Position numbers and translations under genes: made by a program
Part shown: piece by piece, positions 9,923-19,376 of the stretch
Position numbering within the stretch: position 1 is the stretch's first letter
How the letters are laid out: every line of letters begins with the position of its first letter
The notes under the pieces: generated by a model
Database searches by the model: none
Seen by the model: only the letters and a program-made list of their open reading frames with translations
What the model was told of the DNA's origin: nothing
NCBI GenBank assembly: GCA_044340465.1
Contig: JBIITO010000001.1
Span: 39 to 64,038 of the forward strand
Length of the DNA: 64,000 nt
Direction of reading: 5' to 3'
Origin: Crocinitomicaceae bacterium
Lineage (GTDB): Bacteria; Bacteroidota; Bacteroidia; Flavobacteriales_D; Crocinitomicaceae

Positions 9923-10965
9923 TGCGCGTTCTGTATGCTTTTCCAGGAACTGGCTTTGGTCATATATCCAGGGCACGTGAATTTGTTCCGATACTCAATG
10001 AATATTGCGATCTTGACGTACTGATCAGTGGTCCGAACCGCCACCTTGCACAACCCTTTGAGGTGCGTTATCGCATGGAGGGTCTTACTTTTTTTTCGGG
10101 AGAGAAAGGTGGCATCAACTTCTGGAAAACATTCAAGGACAACAGTATTGTGCGTCTTTCGAAGGAGATAAAAGGTTTAGATCTAAATGCCTATGATCTA
10201 ATAATAAGTGATTTTGAGCCCATATCGGCCTTCGCGGCGAAATGTCAACAACATCCTAATAGTATTGAATTAAGCCATCAGTCCGCTGTAATGCATCCGT
10301 CAGCACCAAAACCAGAAAAAGGAGGTTTTATCGGAAAATATATCATTCGTCATTTATGTCCATTGGAGAGCAAACTTGGATTTCATTTCTGGTCATATGA
10401 CAAAGATATTTACACCCCTGTCATCCGAAAAGAGATTAGGAATTTAACACCAGAGAACAGAGGACATTATTGCGTTTATCTTCCCGCCTATAGTCCGGCA
10501 TATCTTCAAAAGATCCTCTCTGCTATTCCCGAAGTAAAGTGGCATATCTTTTCACAAAAAGTAGAACGCTACAAGCAAATGGGGAATTGCAATTTTTATC
10601 CTGCAGATAACTTAGTGTTTCAGGAAAGTTTTGCCTCCTGTGAAGGCATTTTATGTGGGGCAGGTTTTGAAACTCCCGCCGAAGCGCTTTTTATGGGAAA
10701 GAAACTTTTAGTCATCCCCATGAAAAATCAGTTTGAACAGCAGTGTAATGGAGAAGCATTGAGACAACTAGGCGTTGATATTTTGCCTCATTTGACAGCC
10801 AAAGAACTTTTATTTTTGCGAAAATGGCTGACTATTAAAACGTCCATTAGGATTGATTATCCTGATCGTTCCAATCAAATAATCTGTTCGTTGGTTCAAC
10901 AAAAAGAAATACTGAAATCATCCGAGGAAATATTCATCCCCTCTCATATCAACTTGGGAATATAA
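9922..10965 (+). CDS. Glycosyltransferase family protein (MJ1255/GT28-C-like)
   Basis: N-terminus MRVLYAFPGTGFGHISRAREF and C-terminal GILCGAGFETPAEALFMGKKLLVIPMKNQFEQQCN, a GT-B nucleotide-sugar-binding-like pattern. The ATG at 9922 overlaps the upstream TGA (TGATG). Confidence 0.55.
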   Translation: MRVLYAFPGTGFGHISRAREFVPILNEYCDLDVLISGPNRHLAQPFEVRYRMEGLTFFSGEKGGINFWKTFKDNSIVRLSKEIKGLDLNAYDLIISDFEPISAFAAKCQQHPNSIELSHQSAVMHPSAPKPEKGGFIGKYIIRHLCPLESKLGFHFWSYDKDIYTPVIRKEIRNLTPENRGHYCVYLPAYSPAYLQKILSAIPEVKWHIFSQKVERYKQMGNCNFYPADNLVFQESFASCEGILCGAGFETPAEALFMGKKLLVIPMKNQFEQQCNGEALRQLGVDILPHLTAKELLFLRKWLTIKTSIRIDYPDRSNQIICSLVQQKEILKSSEEIFIPSHINLGI

Positions 10966-10969
10966 TCAA

Positions 10970-11980
10970 CTAGTTTATCACACGCGGCACAAAAGTCTTT
11001 TTACCATTTATATAAGAAAGGGAAAATTCTACTGCACGATTTTTAAAGGTCGATAGATATCCCGTTCCGACACAATAACTCAATCGAAATGTAACACCAG
11101 AAACACTTAATCCCGTTTGAAGGATAACCGCATTATTCTTTCTCCAATTGGCGCCAAGAATCACCTTACTTTGTTCATTCATATGGTAGTAAATAAGGGT
11201 TCCTATATTTAATTCGTGTGCGCCGGTCTGATACATATACAATGTCTGTGGCGCAAGGGTAAACCTTTCATCGAGCCTGTACAAAGCGGAAAAATGACCA
11301 TTATAACGTAAAGGAGCGGGTAAATAAACTCCATTAAATCGTTCCGTGCTTTTCGTAATATTATAAATGGAAGCCCCTGCATTTATAATCAATTTATTTT
11401 CATACAAATTGGCCTTATAGTTGATTCCACTATTACCAGAAAATTGAACTTTCACTGAACTCTGAAAATTTTCTCCGCTAGGTAGAGTCTGATCGAATCC
11501 ATCTGGCGCATTGGATGAATATTGCAGATCGTAGGTAAAATTGCCCGTGGAAAAACTATTATTCAATAACCCTAATTGCATCCCTATTGCTAGTTCATGT
11601 TTTTCTTGACTTCGAGCGTTGGAACCTATCATTTTATATGAAACGCCATAATTAAAGTTAGAAACATTAAACACATTATTCGGACTCTTGGTATTACTGA
11701 AAAAGGCCCCCGTAGAGAATCTTTCTCCCACAGAAAAATCTAACCCAACAAGAAAGGATTTATACGAATCGGCACTGGATGTATAATTAGAACGCTGATC
11801 TCGATATCCGGAAGTTAATCGAACTCCCAGATATTTTTCATCTGTTCTATCCCCTATTAATGCTGGATTCAAATTTAGTGGCAAGGCGTCAAATTGAGAT
11901 TGTTGGTAATCTTGAGCCCTTAATTGACCAACAAATTGAAAAAAAGAGATCAAAAACGCAAATTTTGAAAGCGTACTCAT
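10970..11980 (-). CDS. PorP/SprF-family type IX secretion system membrane protein
   Basis: Signal peptide, then AQDYQQSQFDALPLNLNPALIG (family-typical N-terminus). ~330-aa beta-barrel-like composition. Lies 1 nt downstream of a type B CTD gene, the sprB-sprF type arrangement. Confidence 0.85.
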   Translation of the reverse strand: MSTLSKFAFLISFFQFVGQLRAQDYQQSQFDALPLNLNPALIGDRTDEKYLGVRLTSGYRDQRSNYTSSADSYKSFLVGLDFSVGERFSTGAFFSNTKSPNNVFNVSNFNYGVSYKMIGSNARSQEKHELAIGMQLGLLNNSFSTGNFTYDLQYSSNAPDGFDQTLPSGENFQSSVKVQFSGNSGINYKANLYENKLIINAGASIYNITKSTERFNGVYLPAPLRYNGHFSALYRLDERFTLAPQTLYMYQTGAHELNIGTLIYYHMNEQSKVILGANWRKNNAVILQTGLSVSGVTFRLSYCVGTGYLSTFKNRAVEFSLSYINGKKTFVPRVIN

Positions 11981-11981
11981 T

Positions 11982-14963
11982 TTAATATCGTTTAAGATTA
12001 ATTACTCCATACTCATTTAAAGCGGCGCCATTGAGTTCTTCTCCAACTATCACATACTCAAATGCTCCAGAAGGTTGAAGTTTTCCACTATAAGTACCGT
12101 CCCAACCCAAAAGTGGATCATTGGAACTGAATACAAGATTTCCCCATTCATTAAATACTTTCATTTGAAATGATCGAAAGGGACCGCCCCGAACAAGGAA
12201 TACGTCATTTTTGCCATCACCATTAGGGGTAAAAGCGCTGGGCACCGCCACACTTGAGCTTTCTATGATAACGATGGTATCACAACGTTTAGACTCACAG
12301 CCGAATAGGCTTTTAGAAGTCAAACAAATTTCAAATTCGCCAGTAGCTTCATAATAGTGCGCTGGCTCCAACAAATTGGATGTATAACCATCACCAAATG
12401 ACCATAAATAGGTGCTTGCATCTAACGAATGGTTTTTAACAAATGATTGTGATTCCGGATAAAACAATGTGTCTTCGACAAGAGTAAAATCAGCTATTGA
12501 AGGGTTTTGTAATTGAACGAAATTGTTTTGTACCAATGAATCCTTACATCCATTGGGCTTTGTAACGATTAATTTAACATCATAATTGGCTGTTGAATTA
12601 TAGATATTTGTTGGGTTTTCAAGTGTTGATATTGAACCATTGCCAAAATCCCACAGGTAACCGGAACCATCATCATGAGTTGAGTTATTAGAAAATTTAA
12701 CCGTGTAAGGAGCACAGCCAAAAGCCGATGGTGCGGTGAAGCTAACTATTGGCTTCAAGTCCATACCAATAGGTAGGCTAATGGTGTCTGAACAGCCCTG
12801 ATCCGTTACTACTGCCAACTGAGCAGTATATGTACCAGGTTGGTTGTAAACTACTTGAGGGTTTTGTACATCAGCAGTAAATCCATTGCCAAAACTCCAA
12901 TTCCATTTTTGAACATTACCCGAAGTTGAAACAGAAAGATCTTCAAATTTCGTTATGCCCCCAGCACAATTCTGGTTAACTTGAAAATTAGCAACAACCC
13001 CACTCAAGACTTGAATAAGATCTTTTTTAGTTATGGTATCTGCACAGCCACCTGGAGCGGTGGAAATTAATCTAACGGAAAACAAACCGCTTTCCCCAAA
13101 AATTTTTTTTGGATTCACAACGGTGCTCTGAGCGCCATTGCCAAAATCCCATGTATAGGATGAGCCAGCAGAGGTGTTTGAGGTGTTTGTAAATGAAACA
13201 CTTAACGGAACACAACCCAAATTGTCGATAGATATAAAATTAGCTTTAGGTTTATTTCTTACGAAAAGTGTCTTGGTAACTTCATCGGAGCATCCAAAAG
13301 AATTAGTTACATCCAGGGTAACCGAAAAATTACCTTCAGAAGGATAACTACATAAAGGATTTTGAAGATTGCTTGTTGCTCCATTACCAAAATTCCAACT
13401 CCAGGATGAATTGGTATTCCCAGATTGAACCACTTCATTAAATTGAATGGGGGTGTTTATACATGCAGGTTCATGCTCGAATTCGGCTATCGGTGACTCC
13501 AAAACAGTTACGTAATTCAATTTTATGAGTGAGTCTATGCATCCGTTAGGTGAACTCACTGTTAACTTTACTGTGTATTGGCCTGCATTTGAATATATTT
13601 TAGCTGGATTTTTTAGTAACGAAAATGTATTGTCTCCAAAATTCCAATAGTAAATCGAAGCCGGATCAGTAACTGATTTATCTACGAATGAAGTAGACAG
13701 TGGTGAACACCCTGATTCCGAAGTATTAGAAAACATGACTATCGGCTTATTATCGATTGTGATGTCTTCTTTATAAATGCTTTGTAAACCATTGCTACCA
13801 GTAACAGTTAAGGTAACCGTGTATACACCTGCCACACCATATATATTTACAGGATTCTTAGAGGAACTTTTGTTAACGTCTCCAAAATCCCATTGGTAAG
13901 AAGCGATTGTTCCATTAGCATAAGAAGATTGATTAGTAAAATTTATCTCACTACGCGCACACTTGCCATTATATATAAACTTCGCTGTAGGTCGATCTAC
14001 TAAAACAGTATCAAAATACGTTGAAGAGCATTCCTTATTTGTTGCCGTCAAACTAACTGGAAAAAAACCACCACCCATGTAGGTGCGAATTGGGTCTGAA
14101 GCGGTACTTTGCATACCATCACCGAAATCCCAAAGGTAAGTTGCTAAATCAGATGTATTTGTAAAAAAAACGCTGTCTTGATCAGGGCTTACAGAGAAGC
14201 TAAAAGAAGCGACAGGTATCGCTCCAACGTTGAGCGTTTGATTGGCTGAATATACACAGCCCTCATTGGTTGTTACGTTCAATATAACAGAATAAACACC
14301 GGAATCGTATATGGCCGAACCTAGTTGTGTGTTCGCTGATACTCCGTTTCCAAAATCCCAAGACCAACTTGATACAGATTTACCATTTACGTTGATAGGA
14401 CCAGAAAAATATGCTGTGTCCCCCTCACACAAAGAAGTAGTAGATATCCCTAAAAAAGAGGAGCCACTTCCTAAGTTGATAAATTTATGTTTACACTCAC
14501 TTCCGTTTAGGAGAGTAGTGATCGAATTAAAATCGTCAGAATCTATCAGGGTACAAGCGCTAGCCAATTTAAATCTTAAGTAGATTAATGTTGTATTCTT
14601 CGGTATGTTGTAAGATGCTATTGGACCTGATGTTGTATTACTCAGAAATTGATTAAACGGATTATAATACGTGTATGGATCCAAAGCTGAAACCATGTTG
14701 ATGGTAGAGTCATAGGTCATTTCTGATTGGTTATATTTGAACCAGAAATCGAAATTACTTATCGGACCATTCGATTTAACAATGACCGGAATATCATAAT
14801 AATAAGGTCCATTTCCAGAAAACAATGCTTTACTGAGGTCAAAAAACATTGTGTCATTGGCAACATCATAAGCTGGAACTGGATATTTTAGTGTTCCTGC
14901 ATGCACGGTAGCAGAGAGAGTCATCGACAAAAAAATAGTAACCCCTAAAACAATGTACTTCAT
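11982..14963 (-). CDS. Surface protein: N-terminal cohesin-like module, nine PKD domains, T9SS type B C-terminal domain
   Basis: Signal peptide MKYIVLGVTIFLSMTLSATVHA. Nine W.(F)G(D/N)G PKD cores (WSWDFGNG, YLWDFGDG, YQWDFGDV, YYWNFGDN, WSWNFGNG, YTWDFGNG, WNWSFGNG, YLWDFGNG, YLWSFGDG). C-terminus VPSAFTPNGDGKNDVFLVRG...MKVFNEWGNLVF...WDGTY...GAFEYVI...GVINLKR. Confidence 0.9.
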   Translation of the reverse strand: MKYIVLGVTIFLSMTLSATVHAGTLKYPVPAYDVANDTMFFDLSKALFSGNGPYYYDIPVIVKSNGPISNFDFWFKYNQSEMTYDSTINMVSALDPYTYYNPFNQFLSNTTSGPIASYNIPKNTTLIYLRFKLASACTLIDSDDFNSITTLLNGSECKHKFINLGSGSSFLGISTTSLCEGDTAYFSGPINVNGKSVSSWSWDFGNGVSANTQLGSAIYDSGVYSVILNVTTNEGCVYSANQTLNVGAIPVASFSFSVSPDQDSVFFTNTSDLATYLWDFGDGMQSTASDPIRTYMGGGFFPVSLTATNKECSSTYFDTVLVDRPTAKFIYNGKCARSEINFTNQSSYANGTIASYQWDFGDVNKSSSKNPVNIYGVAGVYTVTLTVTGSNGLQSIYKEDITIDNKPIVMFSNTSESGCSPLSTSFVDKSVTDPASIYYWNFGDNTFSLLKNPAKIYSNAGQYTVKLTVSSPNGCIDSLIKLNYVTVLESPIAEFEHEPACINTPIQFNEVVQSGNTNSSWSWNFGNGATSNLQNPLCSYPSEGNFSVTLDVTNSFGCSDEVTKTLFVRNKPKANFISIDNLGCVPLSVSFTNTSNTSAGSSYTWDFGNGAQSTVVNPKKIFGESGLFSVRLISTAPGGCADTITKKDLIQVLSGVVANFQVNQNCAGGITKFEDLSVSTSGNVQKWNWSFGNGFTADVQNPQVVYNQPGTYTAQLAVVTDQGCSDTISLPIGMDLKPIVSFTAPSAFGCAPYTVKFSNNSTHDDGSGYLWDFGNGSISTLENPTNIYNSTANYDVKLIVTKPNGCKDSLVQNNFVQLQNPSIADFTLVEDTLFYPESQSFVKNHSLDASTYLWSFGDGYTSNLLEPAHYYEATGEFEICLTSKSLFGCESKRCDTIVIIESSSVAVPSAFTPNGDGKNDVFLVRGGPFRSFQMKVFNEWGNLVFSSNDPLLGWDGTYSGKLQPSGAFEYVIVGEELNGAALNEYGVINLKRY
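12290..14440 (-). repeat. Array of nine tandem PKD domains (coding repeat)
   Basis: The nine PKD core motifs listed for the 11982-14963 CDS are spaced ~80-90 aa apart. Boundaries are approximate. Confidence 0.8.
14454..14897 (-). other. Cohesin-like module (N-terminus of PKD protein)
   Basis: YYYDIPVIVKSNGPISNFDFWFKYNQSEMTYDST...TLIYLRFKLAS parallels the type I cohesin pattern (V.IPV......I...DF...YD...L......G.FA.I.F.V). Clear paralogy to 15277-15663 (shared FDLS, ISNFDF.FK.N.S..TYD, NTTSGP, YNI, LNGS/MNGS). Confidence 0.45.
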
Positions 14964-14997
14964 ATCTTATCGCTTTAAATTCGCTTGATTGGTCATT

Positions 14998-15726
14998 TCA
15001 GTTAGAAATGATGATCTTTTTAAAACAGCTTTTTTGATGTGTGTTAACTGTAATTAAATAGTATCCAGGATTCAATTGTTCGAATGGCAAACAAATTGTT
15101 CCGCCTTGGGCTTTGATTTGGCTCACAATCTGACCATTAGTTGCACTGATGAGCGCATCTTTAAACATTGGGTCTGTGATCGTAATATCGTTTTTTACCG
15201 GGTTTTGAATGCTGTACTCACATGGTATTGGATTTGATATAATTGACAGGCCAACTCCGGGATTCCATGATGATTTTGGAGTCCAATAGAAATTGCCCGG
15301 ACTTCCATTCATTAAAGCTGAGCATTCAAAAAAATCTGTAGGCTTAATAATTACATCTGAATTAGCAAGAATGAATCTAACTTTAACTAAGGTATTCTTA
15401 CTTTCAATATTGTAGTTTAAATTGGGACCTGACGTTGTATTTCTCAAATAACGATCAGAAGAATTAAAAAATGAACTAGTCTCCAAATTAATATCCACAG
15501 CTGTTGTGGCATCATAGGTTAATTTGCTTTCATTGAACTTAAATGAAAAGTCAAAATTACTTATGCCGCCAGTAGTGATCACATAAATCGGAAATTCGAA
15601 ATAAACACCTCCAGCACTATTATATGTTGTTGCACTAGAAAGGTCAAACACCAACGTGTCCTTATCCGATTGAGCAAAAAATAATGAATTACGAATTAAC
15701 AAAATAAGTAACAATAATCTTTTCAT
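14998..15726 (-). CDS. Small secreted protein: cohesin-like module plus T9SS type A-like C-terminal domain
   Basis: Start reset to the ATG giving MKRLLLLILLIRNSLFFAQ. Cohesin-like segment VYFEFPIYVITTGGISNFDFSFKFNESKLTYDAT...TLVKVRFILAN. C-terminus IQNPVKNDITIT...GQIV......LNPGYYLITVNT....KKIIIS resembles a Por secretion tail. Confidence 0.65.
   Translation of the reverse strand: MKRLLLLILLIRNSLFFAQSDKDTLVFDLSSATTYNSAGGVYFEFPIYVITTGGISNFDFSFKFNESKLTYDATTAVDINLETSSFFNSSDRYLRNTTSGPNLNYNIESKNTLVKVRFILANSDVIIKPTDFFECSALMNGSPGNFYWTPKSSWNPGVGLSIISNPIPCEYSIQNPVKNDITITDPMFKDALISATNGQIVSQIKAQGGTICLPFEQLNPGYYLITVNTHQKSCFKKIIISN
15277..15663 (-). other. Cohesin-like module
   Basis: See the 14998-15726 CDS. 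Paralogous to the module at 14454-14897. Confidence 0.45.
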
Positions 15727-15807
15727 AGCTCGATTGATTAGTCTTTGTACAAATAAGGAAGTCGCCACTCTAAAGAATGGCAACTTCCATTGAAATAAAT
15801 ATTGCGG

Positions 15808-18800
15808 TTATTTATTCACGACCACACGCTCCGTTTTACTGTATTGACCAGTAGCTATTTTAATGAAGTAGACTCCATTAGCATACAAACTCATGTCAAG
15901 TTCCACTTTTTCGTTCGCGTTAATATTGAATTGCTCCTTTACTTCCTGACCAGTAACTGTCATGATAGTCACTTGCGCATTCTGAGAAGAAACAATATTT
16001 AAAGCGCGCTGTGTTGGATTCGGGAATACATTAACAAAGTTTTCATTGATCACATTTACACCCAATGGGGTATTACTGAACACCAATTCTACAGGCTGAC
16101 CGTTTAACAATGCAAGCGTATTAGAGAAATCCATCTCTTTGATTTTGTTAACACTGGCATCGAATTTAACTTTAGCGAATGTTTCATTTGTGTTGAAGAA
16201 TTCCATATCGAGCGCTGTGTAACGAAGTGTCCGGTCATCCTCATTGAAATGAGCAAACCCTTCTGTTGTAGTACCGACAGAAACCATATCATTGAATGAA
16301 AATTTGTTTTCATCGAATTGGAATGCCAAGTCGATTGCATTTACGGGCTCCGATGCTTCGAAAGTTACAGGAACTTCAAAACTATTACCGTTAAAAACAG
16401 CCTTTTCAAGATCAACAATCACTTTTCCGAAAGTAGACTTCAACACACCATCCGCAGTGTATGCGTCATAGTTACCATCTACATCACCCAGCATAATACC
16501 CTTATAAGTCTCCTCAATAAGGTTCGGACAATTGGTGGTGTCTGATGCGCGTGCCGAAAGAACAGATGGTACGACTGGCACTTTATATTTGGAGTAACCA
16601 ACCAAGTCATTATTAGGGAACGTTGCAGAAATCTGATAAGCTGGTTTGGTCAGACGCATGGAATCCACAAAGATCCAGTCTTTTGATGGCTGTCCATTTG
16701 AAACTCCTTCAGCATTGTAGTTCCATGCCTGACGGAATTCACCAATGTTCAGTGTTGCTCTTTGCTTCAACTGAGAAATATCACCTGCACTCACAACACC
16801 GTCAAGGTTTACATCAAGAGCAAGAATCTGATAGATTGAAGGCGTAAAGGTTAAAGCATCATTCAAAAGAAGAGTCTTGCCAAGCACTGCATCATTAGCA
16901 TTGATAATTAATTGCACTGTTGATGTGTTGCTTACTTCTCTTTCAATACTAAGACCCAATCCATTTTTGAGATTATGTTCAAACTGACCGGTTGTATTAG
17001 GAGTAATAGAAACAGATTGATTAACTAAAAGAGAAGTTGTGTCAGCTCCTTTCACTCGCGTGATCAAGTAGCTGTTCGGCAATGAGGCGTCATAGCGGAT
17101 AGGCTGGTGGTTCTTCCAATGTCTTAATTTACCTTTGTAAGAAAGATTCTTAAATGATCTCCACTTACCTGCTGAGGCTGCTCTAGACTGAACCCCAGTA
17201 ATGTAACTTTCCTGAAGGAATGATGTTGAGAACGCTGCCGAATCTACAGCTGCGAAACCACCTGTTTTCTGAAATTCAACACAAAATACTTTTCCTGTAC
17301 CATTGAATTCTGAATTTGCAGGAGCACTACCCTTAAAGTTGATCTGGACAGTAAATTTACCATTCGCCGGATCATCCACATGAGATTCCTCCAATAATCC
17401 ACTACTCACCAAGTCCGAAAACAGAGTTACATTTCCTGTTGGGGTTACTTTCGTTTTGTCGTAATTCAAAACAACATCATAGCCGATGACATTATCAACG
17501 GGTGAAGTTATTGAAGCTGATAATGTCATGCACAAAGTATTGATATCACACGCCTGATCAACCACATCTAACGCATAAGGCAGTGCGTTTGGATCTGCAA
17601 TGTTCAAGGTTACACCTGCAGTTGTTGTTGTAGCATTTTTGTTATCCGTAGCACGAACTGTAAACACTTTAGAACCTGGAGTAGATGTCCAACTAAAGGC
17701 ATATGGAGCGCTGGCGTCTGAACCTACAACTGTACCATTCACCAAAAATTCAACTAATGTAACTGTACCGTCTGCATCAGATGCATTTGCTGTAATGTTT
17801 ACTGCTGTAGGAGCAATAACAGACTCAGAACCTGTAGGAGCAGTAATAGATACAGTTGGAGGAGTATTCAATGCTACTGTGATGTTTGCAACCGACGAAG
17901 TCGTTGTCAAACCTTGATCATCCGTAGCGATTGCTTTGATCTGGTGCGCACCGGCAACTGCGGTCCAATTAATAGAATAAGGCGAAGTGTTATCTGTTCC
18001 TATTGAAACATTATCCACAAGGAACTCAACTGAAGCCACAGATCCCGGAGCTGCATCACTCGCAGTTGCTGTTATAGAAACATTATCTTGCTCAATGGCT
18101 GTCGTAGGAGCAGAAACACTTACAGAAGGTGCTGTATTAGTAACAGCCGTTACCGAAATAGCGGTAGAGGTAGTTGAAGCACACTCGTTATCTAATGCAA
18201 CAGCAGTGAAAGAACGAGCACCTGCCACTGCCGTGTAAGAAATAGAATAAGGTGCCGTGTTATCTACTCCTAAAGAAGTAGCACCATCAAAGAACTCCAC
18301 CTGTGTTATTGTTCCACCGTTGACGTCCCCAGCAGTGGCCGTGATTGTCTGAGATGAACCCGTATACCAGGTTGCACCGGATGTAGGTGAGGTAATAGAA
18401 ACAGTTGGAGGTGTATTCGGTACATACGTTAGTGATGCATTTGTTAGCTCAGATCCCGTTGGGTTTGAAGCAACATAGTTCTCTGCAATACCTGTTGCAA
18501 TATTCTGGATCTGCACATTCAATTCGAAACTTAACTGACCATTTGTGGTGAACTGAGCAACCAGTACCCTGTTCTCCGCTGTTGGACCCACAATGCCACC
18601 CAATGCGGCTATTGAACCTGCGTCAATTAATACTGAGCCTCCATTGGTTTGATCTAAAACATCAAGAGCAGATCCTAACCCAAGTCCGTTAGGTACTACA
18701 TAATAAGTTGATCCAACAGGAGGAGTGTTTGGAACGAAACCGTCTTTTGCACCAGAGCCTGTAATCGGATCACCAAAACATCCACCAGGATTATTTGCAA

Positions 18801-19254
18801 GTATAGATTGAGCATTCCCTATCGAACCATCTGAATCCAATGATTTTTGAACCCCGATGTAACCACCTCCTGCACCTCCGGTAGCAAACCAAGAGTCGAT
18901 CATGGCTGTGTTTTTGCGAATGTTGGAAGCACTAATTGTATTTGGATTAAGTGATACCCCATAAGTTGGATCATTGTAAAAGGCTGTGGTAGTATTTACT
19001 TTGAGTGCATGTGCAGAATTTCCGAACAGTAGGTTAAACTTATACCCAGCAGCCATGTCAACATACACACGATAGGTCACCGAATTAGTCGTAAGAGGTG
19101 TTACGGCTCCATTTGCAGATGCATTGGAGACGTCAGCAGCATTTGCTTGGTAGTATTTCTCTACAATGATCCCTTCCAAACCTTGCGCATGCGTAAGATT
19201 TCCGATCATTGCAAGCCCAAATCCAAGCAATAATTTTTTTGTGTTCGTTTTCAT
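15808..19254 (-). CDS. 1148-aa multidomain T9SS cargo: unassigned LEGIxVEKYY head domain, 3 Ig-like repeats, cohesin-like module, dockerin-like Ca loops, second cohesin-like module, type A CTD
   Basis: Signal peptide MKTNTKKLLLGFGLAMIGNLTHAQ. Head domain residues ~25-278. Ig repeats ~280-555. Cohesin-like 1: VIGYDVVLNYDKTKVTPTG...GKVFCVEFQKT. Dockerin-like: ALDVNLDGVVSAGDISQLKQRA and LGDVDGNYDAY. Cohesin-like 2: FEVPVTFEASEPVNAIDLAFQFDENKFSF...ETFAKVKFDAS. CTD: VNVFPNPTQRALNI....VTIMTVTGQEV......LYANGVYFIKI......RVVVNK. Confidence 0.85.
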   Translation of the reverse strand: MKTNTKKLLLGFGLAMIGNLTHAQGLEGIIVEKYYQANAADVSNASANGAVTPLTTNSVTYRVYVDMAAGYKFNLLFGNSAHALKVNTTTAFYNDPTYGVSLNPNTISASNIRKNTAMIDSWFATGGAGGGYIGVQKSLDSDGSIGNAQSILANNPGGCFGDPITGSGAKDGFVPNTPPVGSTYYVVPNGLGLGSALDVLDQTNGGSVLIDAGSIAALGGIVGPTAENRVLVAQFTTNGQLSFELNVQIQNIATGIAENYVASNPTGSELTNASLTYVPNTPPTVSITSPTSGATWYTGSSQTITATAGDVNGGTITQVEFFDGATSLGVDNTAPYSISYTAVAGARSFTAVALDNECASTTSTAISVTAVTNTAPSVSVSAPTTAIEQDNVSITATASDAAPGSVASVEFLVDNVSIGTDNTSPYSINWTAVAGAHQIKAIATDDQGLTTTSSVANITVALNTPPTVSITAPTGSESVIAPTAVNITANASDADGTVTLVEFLVNGTVVGSDASAPYAFSWTSTPGSKVFTVRATDNKNATTTTAGVTLNIADPNALPYALDVVDQACDINTLCMTLSASITSPVDNVIGYDVVLNYDKTKVTPTGNVTLFSDLVSSGLLEESHVDDPANGKFTVQINFKGSAPANSEFNGTGKVFCVEFQKTGGFAAVDSAAFSTSFLQESYITGVQSRAASAGKWRSFKNLSYKGKLRHWKNHQPIRYDASLPNSYLITRVKGADTTSLLVNQSVSITPNTTGQFEHNLKNGLGLSIEREVSNTSTVQLIINANDAVLGKTLLLNDALTFTPSIYQILALDVNLDGVVSAGDISQLKQRATLNIGEFRQAWNYNAEGVSNGQPSKDWIFVDSMRLTKPAYQISATFPNNDLVGYSKYKVPVVPSVLSARASDTTNCPNLIEETYKGIMLGDVDGNYDAYTADGVLKSTFGKVIVDLEKAVFNGNSFEVPVTFEASEPVNAIDLAFQFDENKFSFNDMVSVGTTTEGFAHFNEDDRTLRYTALDMEFFNTNETFAKVKFDASVNKIKEMDFSNTLALLNGQPVELVFSNTPLGVNVINENFVNVFPNPTQRALNIVSSQNAQVTIMTVTGQEVKEQFNINANEKVELDMSLYANGVYFIKIATGQYSKTERVVVNK
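16069..16428 (-). other. Cohesin-like module 2 of the 1148-aa protein
   Basis: GKVIVDLEKAVFNGNSFEVPVTFEASEPVNAIDLAFQFDENKFSFNDMVS...ETFAKVKFDASVNK...LNGQPVE. Confidence 0.45.
16750..16821 (-). other. Dockerin-like / EF-hand-type Ca-binding loop plus helix
   Basis: I verified the hand translation of 16750-16821 as ALDVNLDGVVSAGDISQLKQRA (compare the dockerin F-hand D.N.DG.....D...L). A weaker second loop, GDVDGNYDAY, lies at ~16459-16494. Confidence 0.45.
17185..17589 (-). other. Cohesin-like module 1 of the 1148-aa protein
   Basis: LCMTLSASITSPVDNVIGYDVVLNYDKTKVTPTGNV...FTVQINFKG...GTGKVFCVEFQKTG. Confidence 0.45.
17590..18417 (-). repeat. Three tandem ~92-aa Ig-like (Big-type) coding repeats
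   Basis: NTPPTVSITSPTSG...ITATAGDVNGGTITQVEFFDGATSLGVDNTAPYSISYTAVAGARSFTAVALDN; NTAPSVSVSAPT...ITATASDAAPGSVASVEFLVDNVSIGTDNTSPYSINWTAVAGAHQIKAIATDD; NTPPTVSITAPT...ITANASDADGTVTLVEFLVNGTVVGSDASAPYAFSWTSTPGSKVFTVRATDN. Confidence 0.8.
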
Positions 19255-19278
19255 TTTTATTTTTGTTTTTTCGTGTTG

Positions 19279-19367
19279 TTTAATAGCACCTCGTAACGCA
19301 TTTAAAAAGCGATAAAAAGTACCTGTTTCACGGACAGGGAACTATGATTGTTACGAGGGCTATTAAA
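19279..19367 (-). ncRNA. Structured intergenic element: 18-bp interrupted stem enclosing a small hairpin (candidate processing site, attenuator or MITE-like unit)
   Basis: tttaatagc(a)cctcgtaac at 19279-19297 is the reverse complement of gttacgagg-gctattaaa at 19350-19367 (9+9 bp, one bulged base). Inner hairpin cctgt(19322-26)/acagg(19334-38). On the mRNA strand the inner hairpin is followed by UACUUUUUAU. Confidence 0.4.
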
Positions 19368-19376
19368 CGATTTTTC

